This document shows, piece by piece, positions 8,347 to 18,875 of a stretch of DNA of 36,403 nt. The DNA comes from Chitinophagaceae bacterium (lineage in GTDB: Bacteria; Bacteroidota; Bacteroidia; Chitinophagales; Chitinophagaceae), in the NCBI GenBank assembly GCA_035644775.1, contig DASQNW010000353.1, forward strand, positions 1-36,403, written 5' to 3'. Numbering within the stretch: position 1 is the first letter of the stretch; every line of letters starts with the position of its first letter. A program made the position numbers and the translations under genes. Under the pieces are notes generated by a model. The model did not search any database, was not told the origin of the DNA, and saw only the letters and a program-made list of their open reading frames with translations.

Positions 8347-8444
8347 GTTTATTTTTTTCGTTTAGTTATCCGTACCGTTTTCAGTTTCCCAGAAAGTAGT
8401 CCCGTTTCCATAACTAGATAGATCACTCCCAATTGAAAAACCTT

Positions 8445-8475
8445 AGCTCCTCCTTTCCCGGGGAGCTTTTTTTTT
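8445..8475 (+). terminator. Second + strand terminator-like hairpin
   Basis: AGCTCCTC-CTTTCCC-GGGGAGCT followed by 8 more T. Confidence 0.65.
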
Positions 8476-8588
8476 GTCGGGAGAAAGATATTTACTTTAG
8501 ATATGCACGTCCTGATGCAAGACGTCTAGTGCTCTTGATAGAAAGCAAACTTCAGTGAAAGCAATCCTCAGGTGTATTAAATCTTCAT

Positions 8589-8631
8589 CTAAAGAAAAAA
8601 GCATCCTTTGAGGGGATGCTTTTTTCTTTAG
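8589..8631. terminator. Bidirectional terminator closing the POT-OPT operon
   Basis: 18-bp perfect inverted repeat CTAAAGAAAAAAGCATCC/GGATGCTTTTTTCTTTAG, 11 nt past the OPT stop. Confidence 0.85.
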
Positions 8632-8642
8632 GCATGCAAACG

Positions 8643-10688
8643 TTAGTCGCTGTGTTTAGCAGTTCGATACAGCAAGATACACATAATTGCAAAACAAATC
8701 ACGCCCAAAATGAAATATCCATTTTCTCCTAAACCGCGTGTTAGTACTCCTTCCATACTGATGCTTTGTAACCCACGCTCGTTTTTTGGATAAGCTTGCA
8801 AAAACGCAACGATAACTCCGAAAAGCGCCCCTCCGGCCACCAGGCCAGTAGCAAACAAGTTACCTTTTCCAAGGTCTTCCTCCTGCTCCGCCAATTCTTT
8901 GTTTTTATTCGACCTTTCCACCAGCCCTTTCAAAGCACCACCTGCAAAAATTGGCAGAGTAGTAGACAAGGGTAAATAAGCACCTACTGCAAAACTTAGC
9001 GACCCAATTCCGCACAACTCCATAACTATTGCTAAAAATATTCCGACAAATACAAATTGCCAGTCAAGGTTGAACGATAGTACGCCCCTGATAAGTGTTG
9101 CCATTAAAGTGGCTTGCGGTGCAGGGTACTTGTCGCTGCCGATGGCATGTTGAATTCCCTGTGCTAACATTTCCTGCGTGGGATTGTCCAAAATTTTAAT
9201 GGTAATTCCGATTGCGATTGAAGAAACTATAGCTCCAATAAAGAGAGCCAGCTGCTGGTACTTAGGAGTAGCGCCAACAATAAAACCTGTTTTTAGATCT
9301 TGCGAAGTGGCACCGGCATTAGCAGCTGCAATACAGATGATACCGCCCACTACCAACACCATGGGCTCGTAGGCCATGCCGTTCCAGCCGATGCTGATAA
9401 ACAATAGGCTTGTTGCTAAAATAGTGGCAATTGTCATTCCCGAAACGGGACTATTGGAGGATCCAATAAGTCCTACAATCCGTGACGCCACCGTCACAAA
9501 AAAAGCTCCGAAGATGATCACCAATATTCCTATTAAAGCTTTGTTCAAAAACGTGTCACCCGGTATCATAGGTAGCACTGCAATAAGCACGATGAGCGCT
9601 ATGCTTCCAAATAAAACAAAACGAACGTCTAAATCGCGATCTGTTCGTTTTACGTTTTCACCTTCTGCACTTGTCTTAACCGCACCAAGGCTTCCTTTGA
9701 AAGAAGCAATGATGGTAGGTATCGTTTTCATTAAGGTTATGAAACCTCCTGCTGCCACAGCTCCAGCTCCTATTTGCCTGATGTATGCCCGGTATAATGC
9801 AGAAGCGGGATCTGCGAACCCGTGTGTAGTAGGGTCCCATCCACCAGGACCACCAGCAGTAGCCAAGTCTTTGAGATAGCCAAGCTTTATCAGCTGTAAG
9901 GCAATCAGGTCTGGATTGATCACAGATGCAAGAAGTGGGTTTAGCACCAGCCAGCTCAAGACACCCCCGGCCACCAGAACACCGGAGATTCGGGGACCGA
10001 TAATGTAGCCCACACCCAGGTATTCAGGAGTGATTTCAGCGCTAACCCTTGCAGAGGGAAAAAATCTGTTTTTCATGCTGGTCATCCAATGCGGTACCTC
10101 TGCGATAAAGTGCAGTATTTTTTGGAGGAAAGCGTAAGCAACGGCAACTCCCAAACCGTAGAACGCGATCTTAGCAAAAGAGCCACCTTTTTCTCCAGCT
10201 TTAAGTACAGAGGCACATGCTGTTCCCTCAGGGTATGGCAACACCCCATGCTCTTTCACGATCAATGATCGCCGAAGTGGTATCATCATCAACGTACCAA
10301 GAATGCCTCCTACAATGGCTAAGACAAAAATGGTCACGTAATCAAAATAAGTGGTGCCAACACTTTTTCCATCGGTGCCGATAGTCAGGAACAAAAAGCC
10401 GGGTAACGTAAATGCTACACCAGCGGCAATGCTCTCTCCGGCCGATCCTGTGGTTTGAATAATATTGTTTTCCAGGATTGTGGTTTTAAAGAGCCAACGA
10501 CCGAGTGTAATTGCAATTACCGCGATAGGTATAGATGCAGAAACTGTTAAGCCAGCACGTAAGGCCAGGTACACCGTAGCAGCTCCAAAAAGAATCCCGA
10601 AAATGCTCCCCAACACAACTGCCTTGACTGTAAACTCTTTCATTGTCGACTCTGGAGCAACGAAGGGTTTAAAATTCAAATCGTCCAT
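8643..10688 (-). CDS. OPT-family oligopeptide transporter
   Basis: YLALRAGLTVSASIP, ENNIIQT, LPYPEGTA, SSNSPVSG, SQDLKTG and PAPQA motifs, with many TM segments. Confidence 0.95.
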   Translation of the reverse strand: MDDLNFKPFVAPESTMKEFTVKAVVLGSIFGILFGAATVYLALRAGLTVSASIPIAVIAITLGRWLFKTTILENNIIQTTGSAGESIAAGVAFTLPGFLFLTIGTDGKSVGTTYFDYVTIFVLAIVGGILGTLMMIPLRRSLIVKEHGVLPYPEGTACASVLKAGEKGGSFAKIAFYGLGVAVAYAFLQKILHFIAEVPHWMTSMKNRFFPSARVSAEITPEYLGVGYIIGPRISGVLVAGGVLSWLVLNPLLASVINPDLIALQLIKLGYLKDLATAGGPGGWDPTTHGFADPASALYRAYIRQIGAGAVAAGGFITLMKTIPTIIASFKGSLGAVKTSAEGENVKRTDRDLDVRFVLFGSIALIVLIAVLPMIPGDTFLNKALIGILVIIFGAFFVTVASRIVGLIGSSNSPVSGMTIATILATSLLFISIGWNGMAYEPMVLVVGGIICIAAANAGATSQDLKTGFIVGATPKYQQLALFIGAIVSSIAIGITIKILDNPTQEMLAQGIQHAIGSDKYPAPQATLMATLIRGVLSFNLDWQFVFVGIFLAIVMELCGIGSLSFAVGAYLPLSTTLPIFAGGALKGLVERSNKNKELAEQEEDLGKGNLFATGLVAGGALFGVIVAFLQAYPKNERGLQSISMEGVLTRGLGENGYFILGVICFAIMCILLYRTAKHSD

Positions 10689-10760
10689 AAGAAGTGGTTT
10701 GCTTTTGAATATAAAACAAAAAGGAGCTGCAATCAGCTCCTTCGAAGTACATAGTAATTG

Positions 10761-12440
10761 TTATGCTGAACCTGCCCGTTCTCTCACAATCTGGTTAAGC
10801 GATTTGATTTTTGCAAAGATCAAAATTCCACCAACGAATGCTGCAATCACTAAAAGCAAAAAGAACATTTTCTTGTCTGTAAAATCGTCCCAGAAACTGG
10901 TCATAACACCGGCAATTTTGCCTCCAATTGAAGTAGACAAGAAAAATCCGCCCATAAGCAAGGCCGTTAGTCGGGGGGGTGCAAGTTTGGAGACAAGGGA
11001 AAGACCTATGGGGCTCAGGAAAATCTCACTGATAGTGAAGATAAAATAGGTGAGCCATAGCCATACGGGCGATGCCTTGTGGGTGTAAATGGAAGGGACA
11101 GACATGACGGCAAAAACCATTACCAGAGAAGAAAGACCTGAAATGAAAAGCGCCATACCGAACTTAGATGCTGTTGTCGGTTCTTTACCTCTCTTGCGCA
11201 AATAACCGAACAGTGGAACAAACACCAGTGTGAGAACTACGATAAAAAGTGGGTTTAACGACTGAAAGAGCTCGGTATTGGCTACACGAATTTCTTTACC
11301 TCCGGGTCTGCTATCAAGCGGCACATTATTAAAATAAGGGTCCGGGCCTAAGATCTGTACATCCTTGCCAGCTTCATCCTTTATAGAAATGAGGTATTGG
11401 TCGACTTTGTTGGTGAGCCGCGGGGAGTCCGAAACTGTTTGCAGAAAGCCAAGGGTGCCTGCAATCTTTTCAGTAGTAGGAGAAACGGTTCTGTCCGTAT
11501 GTCGTTCAGCCCAAAGCGTAAGACCGGTTGAGTTCTGATTGTAAATAGTCCAAAATGCAATGGCGATGGCAAATATGAACAACAAAGAGCCGATCGCTTT
11601 TTTATCCTGGCCTGTTGCTTTTACCCATAAAGAAACGTAAAAGGCAATGATGGGCAAACACGCAAATATGAATGCATCACTAGCCTGGCTCCCCATAACA
11701 GAAGTTCCAAATATTAGTGTGGGAATAAACCATCCTGCTATAGCAGCAAGAATTGCTGGCAAGAAAACATATAGAAATATCTTGGACATGGGCATGTCTT
11801 CTGCCTGCACCGGCTTTTTTAAATCACCGGCTTTTACTTCTTTCATGTTTATCAATAGTATCAAAAGGCCGATGAGCAACCCAATACCTGCAGCAGCAAA
11901 AGCATACCCCCAGCCATACCTGTTGCGCAGATAGGCTGCTACGAAATTGCAGACAAACGCTCCGATATTGATGCCCATGTAAAAGATGCTGTATGCATTA
12001 TCCTTGAGCGGCTTCAGATCATCACGATTGTAAATATTACCCAGGAGAGTAGAGATGTTCGGTTTAAAGAATCCATTACCAACAATTATTAAAGCAAGCG
12101 AGATGAACATTGCCATATCACCCGGAAAGGCAAGTCCGATATAACCAGCAGACATCAGAAGACCTCCAATAAAAATTGATCTTATATATCCAAGATACCT
12201 GTCTGCTATAAGTCCACCGATAAAGGGAGTGAGGTATACTAAGGCTATAAAGCTGCCCACGATGTCAGCACCCACCTTGGGATCGAGGCCCTTACCACCT
12301 GTTTTATTATCTATCAGGTACAGAAGCAAGATGCCAACCATGAGGTAGTAGGCAAATCGCTCCCACATTTCAGTGAAAAAGAGTACATACAATGACTTCG
12401 GATGCTTTTTAGCTGCTACAACTTGCCTCTGTTGATCCAT
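10761..12440 (-). CDS. POT/PTR-family proton-dependent di/tripeptide MFS transporter
   Basis: EMWERFAYY (ExxERFxYY), GNGFFKPNIS, FYMGINIGA and FQSLNP motifs. Confidence 0.95.
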   Translation of the reverse strand: MDQQRQVVAAKKHPKSLYVLFFTEMWERFAYYLMVGILLLYLIDNKTGGKGLDPKVGADIVGSFIALVYLTPFIGGLIADRYLGYIRSIFIGGLLMSAGYIGLAFPGDMAMFISLALIIVGNGFFKPNISTLLGNIYNRDDLKPLKDNAYSIFYMGINIGAFVCNFVAAYLRNRYGWGYAFAAAGIGLLIGLLILLINMKEVKAGDLKKPVQAEDMPMSKIFLYVFLPAILAAIAGWFIPTLIFGTSVMGSQASDAFIFACLPIIAFYVSLWVKATGQDKKAIGSLLFIFAIAIAFWTIYNQNSTGLTLWAERHTDRTVSPTTEKIAGTLGFLQTVSDSPRLTNKVDQYLISIKDEAGKDVQILGPDPYFNNVPLDSRPGGKEIRVANTELFQSLNPLFIVVLTLVFVPLFGYLRKRGKEPTTASKFGMALFISGLSSLVMVFAVMSVPSIYTHKASPVWLWLTYFIFTISEIFLSPIGLSLVSKLAPPRLTALLMGGFFLSTSIGGKIAGVMTSFWDDFTDKKMFFLLLVIAAFVGGILIFAKIKSLNQIVRERAGSA

Positions 12441-12564
12441 ATGATTGTATTAGTCAGAACAATATTACAGATTTCACCCAACGAAAATTCCGCCTGTCAA
12501 TAATTCAGTCATCTTTGGGAATCTTACACGATATTCGCAGCCGTAATTTCTACTGCTTATATCC

Positions 12565-13842
12565 ATGAATATCTTAGTACTAGGCGCCGGTGGTCGCGAA
12601 CATGCACTGGCTTGGAAGCTCTCTCAAAGCAAATTATGTTCACAACTCTTTATAGCTCCAGGTAATGCAGGCACTGCGCTTTGCGGAATTAACCTGCCCT
12701 TCCAGGCCACAGATTCTGAAGCAGTGAAATCAGCATGCAAACAGCGCAATATAGAATTGTTGATTGTTGGCCCTGAAGAACCGTTAGTAAATGGGATTAC
12801 AGATTTCTTGCAGGAAGATCCGCAGCTTCAGGGATTGACGATCATCGGACCTTCGAAAGAAGCTGCACAACTGGAAGGAAGTAAGTCGTATGCAAAAGCA
12901 TTCATGTTAAGGCATGGTATCCCAACTGCTGCTTACAGAGAGTTCACTCAGGACAACTTCATGGAGGGAGTAGAATATGTAAAGCAGCACGCCTTGCCTG
13001 TGGTGCTTAAGGCGGATGGACTTGCAGCCGGAAAAGGAGTGATCATTTGTCAGAACCACGTAGAGGCTGTAGCCGAATTTGAGTTGATGATTCAGGATGA
13101 AAAGTTTGGCGAAGCCAGCCGCAAGGTTGTAGTGGAAGAATTTCTCACGGGTATAGAATTGTCGGTGTTCGCCCTCACCGATGGAACTGATTATGTTTTG
13201 CTACCTGAAGCAAAGGATTACAAAAGAATAGGAGAAGGAGATACAGGGTTGAACACAGGTGGTATGGGTGCCATAAGCCCCGTGCCATTTGCGGATGAAG
13301 TGTTCATGCAAAAAGTTGTTCAGCAAATTGTGGAGCCTACGGTTAGGGGCTTGCAAAAAGATACGCTTGATTATAAGGGCTTCATTTTTTTTGGATTGAT
13401 AAAGGTAGGCGATGAGCCATACGTAATCGAGTACAACTGCAGGATGGGGGATCCTGAAACGGAAGTAGTGATGCCGCGCATAAAAAATGACCTGGTAGAA
13501 TTGCTTGATTCTGTAGGTAAAGGAAAGTTGAACGAAATGAGCGTAGAGAAGGACCCTAACTTTGCCACCACAATTGTAAGTGTAAGTGGAGGCTATCCTA
13601 ACAACTACCAAAAAGGTTTGGAGATCTCAGGCCTTGGTGAAATACCCGAAAGCACCCTGCTATTTCACTCAGGCACATTGCAGGAAGATCAAAAAGTCAT
13701 TACAAATGGAGGCCGTGTGCTGTGCGCTACAGCCTTAGCACCCACTCTAGATGAGGCACTCATAAAAAGCAAAGAATTGCTTCGCCAGATCAGATTTGAA
13801 GGGATGTACTACCGTAGAGATATTGGGTTCGAATTTATTTAA
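12565..13842 (+). CDS. purD: Phosphoribosylamine--glycine ligase
   Basis: GAGGREHALA, LEGSK, KADGLAAGKGV, DTGLNTGGMG, EYNCRMGDPE and TNGGRV motifs. Confidence 0.98.
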   Translation: MNILVLGAGGREHALAWKLSQSKLCSQLFIAPGNAGTALCGINLPFQATDSEAVKSACKQRNIELLIVGPEEPLVNGITDFLQEDPQLQGLTIIGPSKEAAQLEGSKSYAKAFMLRHGIPTAAYREFTQDNFMEGVEYVKQHALPVVLKADGLAAGKGVIICQNHVEAVAEFELMIQDEKFGEASRKVVVEEFLTGIELSVFALTDGTDYVLLPEAKDYKRIGEGDTGLNTGGMGAISPVPFADEVFMQKVVQQIVEPTVRGLQKDTLDYKGFIFFGLIKVGDEPYVIEYNCRMGDPETEVVMPRIKNDLVELLDSVGKGKLNEMSVEKDPNFATTIVSVSGGYPNNYQKGLEISGLGEIPESTLLFHSGTLQEDQKVITNGGRVLCATALAPTLDEALIKSKELLRQIRFEGMYYRRDIGFEFI

Positions 13843-13999
13843 GGTGATATATAAAATTTTCTTTCCCACACAAGAGTCTTCGGTTCAATCAATTTTGTAG
13901 AATTTCGCTGTAATTCTTGGTTTATGCCGGAAATTCATTGCCACAACTATATACAAAAAAGGAGCTTGCCTTCATTACCCAAGAATATAAATAAGGAAG

Positions 14000-14761
14000 C
14001 TAGGCTTCAATGGATGATTTCTCCAATACAGAGTATGTTGGTATTTTGATATCGTGGTAGAATAAGAACTTCCAATTTTCCTTATTACCTTGCTCCCACC
14101 ATTGTTGGCGTAGCTGCATGGCTTTCTCGGCATCAAAATCATATTTGGTCTTATAACGTATTTTCATTTGCTGCAATTGAGGCGCATCATCGCCTCCGTA
14201 AAAAACAGTTTCGGTTTCATCTTCAATCCAAAACACCTGGTGAAATGGTGAATGGGCACCGGTGAGTTCATATCGAATATATTCATCGATAGTGCCACTA
14301 TCATCTTCCAAAAACCTTACTTGCTCCGAAGTATCTAAAGCTTCAATATCTTCCGGCATGAACGACGGAAAGCCTGTTTTACGTGCAAACTCTAATTCTC
14401 TTTTTTGAACATAGTATATGGCATTTTCAAAGCTTAATTTTTCGTGTTTTCTGGTAAAGCTCACACCACCTGCGTGATCTTTATGAAGATGCGACATCAA
14501 AACTTTGGTGACCTGGCTTGGTGCAATGCCCGCTTTTTTCAGGTTCGCCAACAATTGCATTTCTCCCGTTGAATCCTCAAAGCCGAGCCCTGCATCAAGC
14601 ATGATGATGTCTTTGGACGTAATCAGCAGAAACGGCTGAATCTCCACGAGTAAGCTCCCCACGGGCCTTTGCTGCAGATCATCAACTGCATCATGGAATG
14701 GCACGAACAACTTTGTTTTGTCGATGGTAAATGAACCTTCGGAAAGAGGCACTACTTGCAT
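14000..14761 (-). CDS. MBL-fold metallo-hydrolase
   Basis: DAG, HLHKDH (HxHxDH), AHS, GGD and YHD metal-ligand motifs. Start set at ATG 14761. Confidence 0.9.
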   Translation of the reverse strand: MQVVPLSEGSFTIDKTKLFVPFHDAVDDLQQRPVGSLLVEIQPFLLITSKDIIMLDAGLGFEDSTGEMQLLANLKKAGIAPSQVTKVLMSHLHKDHAGGVSFTRKHEKLSFENAIYYVQKRELEFARKTGFPSFMPEDIEALDTSEQVRFLEDDSGTIDEYIRYELTGAHSPFHQVFWIEDETETVFYGGDDAPQLQQMKIRYKTKYDFDAEKAMQLRQQWWEQGNKENWKFLFYHDIKIPTYSVLEKSSIEA

Positions 14762-14789
14762 AAGAAAAGAAAAGATTACAGCCAGCTCA

Positions 14790-16124
14790 CTATCGCAAAA
14801 CCATTTGTCGGTCAGCGTCAAGCCGAATTAAAATAAACAAAAGAATAGTAAAAGTAAGCAGGGCAGTGCCACCGTAGCTGATCAGAGGTAAAGGAATTCC
14901 TATAACCGGTGCCAGTCCTATAGTCATACATATATTGATAGCGATGTGAAAGAAAAACACCGCGGCCACTCCGTAAGCATAGCATCTGCTAAAGACGCTC
15001 CGTTGCCGCTCAGCAAGCGTAATGATCCTAAACAGCAGGATGAGGTAAATCGAGAGCAAAACCGTTGTTCCCACAAATCCGAAACCTTCACCAATAGTGC
15101 AGAAAATGAAGTCGGTTCGTTGTTCCGGAACGAATTCATAGCGGGTTTGTGTTCCATTAAGCAGTCCTTTTCCTGTTACGCCTCCACTACCAATAGCAAT
15201 CTTAGACTGCTTTACGTTGTAGTCATTCACGCCCTCCTTTTTAGCGTTTGCATTTGCTAGTGGGTCCGGCAAGTTGCCATACGGATTGTCTTTACCAAAA
15301 AGTGAGAAGATGCGCTCAACCTGGTGCCTTTGAAGTACATGTTGAAACAAAAAAGGCACTGCAAAGCGTTGTATACCTACACACAGCAGCCAAAGAATAA
15401 CGATACTGGCTAAAACTGATTTGTTTCTCTTAACCTGACGACGCATTACAAACACAGTTAGCGCAGCAAGGAGTGTTAGAATTATGGCCAATGTATTTGG
15501 CTCCATTACAATGCTCGCTATTACAAGCGCAGCAACGCTAAAACCGATAATAAGTATAGCAGGAGAAAGTCCTTCGCGGTACATTACCAGAAAGAACGAA
15601 AAGTACACTAAGGCCAACCCTGTTTCTTTTTGTAGAATACTTAAGACAGCAGGTGTAAGCGCAATGGCGATCGCAATTACCTGCGAGCGTGTTTTCGAAA
15701 AATTGGTATCTGGCCTCGATAAGTACTTCGCTAATGCCAGGCATACGGAAACTTTACAGAATTCTGCCGGCTGAAACTGGAAGCCACCAAAGCGGATTAT
15801 CGATTCTGTTCCTTTAACGTTTGAGTGAAAGGGAAATACGAGCAACAGCAATACGATACCGAGAGCATACCAAATGTTGGCTGTTGCGGTAAAAAACTTG
15901 CTGTCAGTGAGTAGAATAAATGTGCCGATGATAGCAGAAAGGATAAAGAAGTAAAACTGCTTGCTATAATCTGTTTTAAACGAAAAGAAGCTTGTAACAA
16001 CGGAACTGCCTTCCCGGTAGGTTACAGCAAAAATGGCTAAGATGCCTACCGAAACAAGCAACAGGTACAGCCATATCATCAATGCATCTACTCCCTTTGA
16101 AATGCCAGTATTGTTTCTGCTCAT
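14790..16124 (-). CDS. rodA: SEDS peptidoglycan polymerase RodA
   Basis: FQPAEF, QSKIAIGSGG, VPEQRTDFIF and GIPLPLISYGG motifs. TAATG overlap with the mrdA stop. Confidence 0.96.
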   Translation of the reverse strand: MSRNNTGISKGVDALMIWLYLLLVSVGILAIFAVTYREGSSVVTSFFSFKTDYSKQFYFFILSAIIGTFILLTDSKFFTATANIWYALGIVLLLLVFPFHSNVKGTESIIRFGGFQFQPAEFCKVSVCLALAKYLSRPDTNFSKTRSQVIAIAIALTPAVLSILQKETGLALVYFSFFLVMYREGLSPAILIIGFSVAALVIASIVMEPNTLAIILTLLAALTVFVMRRQVKRNKSVLASIVILWLLCVGIQRFAVPFLFQHVLQRHQVERIFSLFGKDNPYGNLPDPLANANAKKEGVNDYNVKQSKIAIGSGGVTGKGLLNGTQTRYEFVPEQRTDFIFCTIGEGFGFVGTTVLLSIYLILLFRIITLAERQRSVFSRCYAYGVAAVFFFHIAINICMTIGLAPVIGIPLPLISYGGTALLTFTILLFILIRLDADRQMVLR

Positions 16125-18226
16125 TAACTGATGCTCGTTTTCTTTTTGTGATGGAACTGTTCCTTGGGAGCTAGTGCATCGGGATGCAAATGTAGTACTA
16201 CCCGCTGTTCCTTATTGTTCGAGGATGAATCCTTCTTTGCCGGCGGTGCTGCGGGTTTGGCCCTAAACTTCTTGAGGTAACTGCTGTCTTTCGTTATATT
16301 GAACCATTCAACTGCTCTCATAGAATCGGCTATGTGCTGCTCCACCTTAAGGATCGGAGGCATGAGGTTCCTGTTTGTCACTTCTTCTATCTTCTTAATG
16401 CTTTCGGGTCTCAGAGTGTCATTTAGATATTGCTCCATTAGCAACGCTGCAATTGGGGCAGCTGCAGTAGATCCATAACCGGCGTTTTCTACAACAACCG
16501 CAATTGCTATTTTCGGGTTTTCTCTTGGAGCAAAACACACAAACATTGAGTTTTCATTCAACTCTATTTTCTTTCCCCTGATGAAGCGGAAATTTTGAGC
16601 CGTACCAGTCTTTGCGCAAATATTGATACCCGGAATCTTAGCTGCCGTGGCAGTACCTCTGTCCACCACATCCTGCATACCCTTGATTACAGCCTCATAA
16701 GCAGAGTCAGAAATATGAGTTAGCACTTCGTGCTTCCGGCGAAACTTATTGAGTATTGTATCTTTTGCTGTTTCATTATCAATAGATTTCACAAAATGAG
16801 GTGTGTAATAGTAGCCCTTGTTTGCAATGATACACATGGCATTCGCCAGCTGTAACGGCGTTGATGTCATCTTATCCTGGCCGATGCCCAATGTGAGATT
16901 GGTGCATGAATTCCAGGAGTTCCGATACTCCTTATTATAGACCGACGTATCTGGTATGTTGCCCTTGTCCTCGCCAGGAAGATCTACACCCAGCCTTATA
17001 CCAAGTCCAAAAGCATTCATATATTCCTGCCATTTGGTATACCCTTTCCGCGAACTTCTGAGCTTTGGATGGTCAACTGCCATGCGGAAGACGTGGACAA
17101 AGTACGAGTTGCAGGAATTTGCAATAGCCAGCCGCAGGTTGGCTGCATGGCCGCCACCGGAGTGGGTGCAAGCCGGCTTGCCATGTCCGCAGGTATAGTA
17201 CCTTCCACCACAAGGGTAGCCAAATGAAGGTGTAATCAGCCCTTCATCCAAAGCTACAAGTGCCCCTAATGGCTTGAATGTGGAGCCTGGAGGGTATTGA
17301 CCCTTTATGGACCTGTTCAACAATGGCCGTGACACATCAAGCACAAACTTGCTATAGGTTTTTTTGAAATTGAAGCCGGTTAATGCATCTGGACTAAAGT
17401 TGGGTCCAGACGTCATCGCAATAATACCTCCGGTTTTGGGTTCTATGGCCACGACTGCGCCTACTTTGTTAGTCATTAATTTTTCGGCGAGTTGCTGCAG
17501 TTCGATGTCTACATATGTTCTTAAGCCGCGACCCGCAATAGCAGCTGTATCAAGCTCCCCGTTTTCATAGTTTCCCACCAACCGGTTTCTATTATCTTTA
17601 ATCAGGTACTGAACACCCCTTTGGCCCATCAAAACTCTTTCATAATACGCCTCCAGGCCACTGCGTCCCACAAAGTCTCCCTGGCGGTAAAAACCTTGAG
17701 AGCGGGCAATGATGCTGGAGTCAACCTGTCCGATATAGCCCATAAAGTGTGCTCCGGCATTAAATGGATACGTGCGAACGGGCCTCTCCTGCAGAAAAAA
17801 GCCGCTACCAAAACGCCACATGTTTTCCTGCAAACGTGCGTACTTTTCTGGGGTCAAAAGGTCTTCAAAAGCCGAAGGTCTGTAGCGACCGTTTTTGAAT
17901 ATGGCTGTAATCACCCGCTTTTGGAATTCGGCGGTGTCAATCTCCAGCAGCTGGCACATATAAGTTGTGTCAACATTCTTTACTTCTGAAGGAGTCACCA
18001 TCAGATCGTAGGCAAGCGTGTTGTTCACAATAGCCTTGTTGTTTCGATCGAATACAATTCCCCGGGGAGGATATATCACCTTTGCAAATACGGCATTTTC
18101 CTGGGCCAGCTTTTGGTATTTACTGGAAACAAGCTGCAGGTTGGCGAGCTGCGCAATAATCACAACAAAAACTATTAAGAACAAAAGCCGTATTATGTAG
18201 CTTCTCGATTGGTTAAACACAGGCAT
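16124..18226 (-). CDS. mrdA: Penicillin-binding protein 2
   Basis: PRGIVFDRN, STFK (SxxK), SCN and KTGT motifs, in mre operon context. Start set at ATG 18226. Confidence 0.96.
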   Translation of the reverse strand: MPVFNQSRSYIIRLLFLIVFVVIIAQLANLQLVSSKYQKLAQENAVFAKVIYPPRGIVFDRNNKAIVNNTLAYDLMVTPSEVKNVDTTYMCQLLEIDTAEFQKRVITAIFKNGRYRPSAFEDLLTPEKYARLQENMWRFGSGFFLQERPVRTYPFNAGAHFMGYIGQVDSSIIARSQGFYRQGDFVGRSGLEAYYERVLMGQRGVQYLIKDNRNRLVGNYENGELDTAAIAGRGLRTYVDIELQQLAEKLMTNKVGAVVAIEPKTGGIIAMTSGPNFSPDALTGFNFKKTYSKFVLDVSRPLLNRSIKGQYPPGSTFKPLGALVALDEGLITPSFGYPCGGRYYTCGHGKPACTHSGGGHAANLRLAIANSCNSYFVHVFRMAVDHPKLRSSRKGYTKWQEYMNAFGLGIRLGVDLPGEDKGNIPDTSVYNKEYRNSWNSCTNLTLGIGQDKMTSTPLQLANAMCIIANKGYYYTPHFVKSIDNETAKDTILNKFRRKHEVLTHISDSAYEAVIKGMQDVVDRGTATAAKIPGINICAKTGTAQNFRFIRGKKIELNENSMFVCFAPRENPKIAIAVVVENAGYGSTAAAPIAALLMEQYLNDTLRPESIKKIEEVTNRNLMPPILKVEQHIADSMRAVEWFNITKDSSYLKKFRAKPAAPPAKKDSSSNNKEQRVVLHLHPDALAPKEQFHHKKKTSIS

Positions 18227-18341
18227 ATACTCGAAAAAAGTGAGGTGCAAAAGAAAGGTGGCCGTATGCAAATTTTAGTAAAGCAGATGATATTCGCAAA
18301 TGATATTAAGCACACTTGTCTTAATTTCTCGCAAATATTAG

Positions 18342-18875
18342 CTAAGCAGTGTTAGTTCTAAACTTGTGCCTACGGGGAAACAAAAGCTCCACCACAATTA
18401 TTAGCAGCATGCTTATGGCCGTTGTAGCTGCAACTTTGATTAAAAAGGTGATAAAGTCACCAAACTGAAGCCATTGTAGCAGCGTAAGATATAAATGATG
18501 TAAGAAAGTAAGTGTAAGTGCATAAACAAGATACGGCGACCAACTCATGCCTTTTGGTGATGGTTCTTTATGAGTGAAGTCTGATGTATCTTTTGGGCTA
18601 AGAAGAATAATGATAAACGGCCTTACATACGCAATCAAAAGGCATGCGGCAGCATGCAAGCCCGGGGTCATTTGAAAATAATCAAGCAGTAAACCAGTAG
18701 AAAAACCTATCAGCAGCAGCAGCAGCCGGGGAGTAGCATACGGCAGCCAGAGAATAAAAAGATAGTAAATGTAGGGAACAACAAAACGATGCAGGTGCGG
18801 GATTTTGTTCAACACAAATACCTGGATGAGTGTGAACAAAGCGAGGCGGATGATATTTCTTACCAGATCACTCAA
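18342..18875 (-). CDS. mreD: Rod shape-determining protein MreD
   Basis: Hydrophobic 177-aa protein with GLLLDYF and PGLHA, between mreC and mrdA. Confidence 0.92.
   Translation of the reverse strand: MSDLVRNIIRLALFTLIQVFVLNKIPHLHRFVVPYIYYLFILWLPYATPRLLLLLIGFSTGLLLDYFQMTPGLHAAACLLIAYVRPFIIILLSPKDTSDFTHKEPSPKGMSWSPYLVYALTLTFLHHLYLTLLQWLQFGDFITFLIKVAATTAISMLLIIVVELLFPRRHKFRTNTA

Noticed and set aside
8349-8411. 20-codon minus-strand ORF METGLLSGKLKTVRITKRKK
   Set aside because: No motif, no clear promoter, and a length expected by chance.
9376-11049. Long + strand ORFs 9376-9879 and 10465-11049
   Set aside because: Antisense shadows of the OPT and POT genes with no protein-like features.
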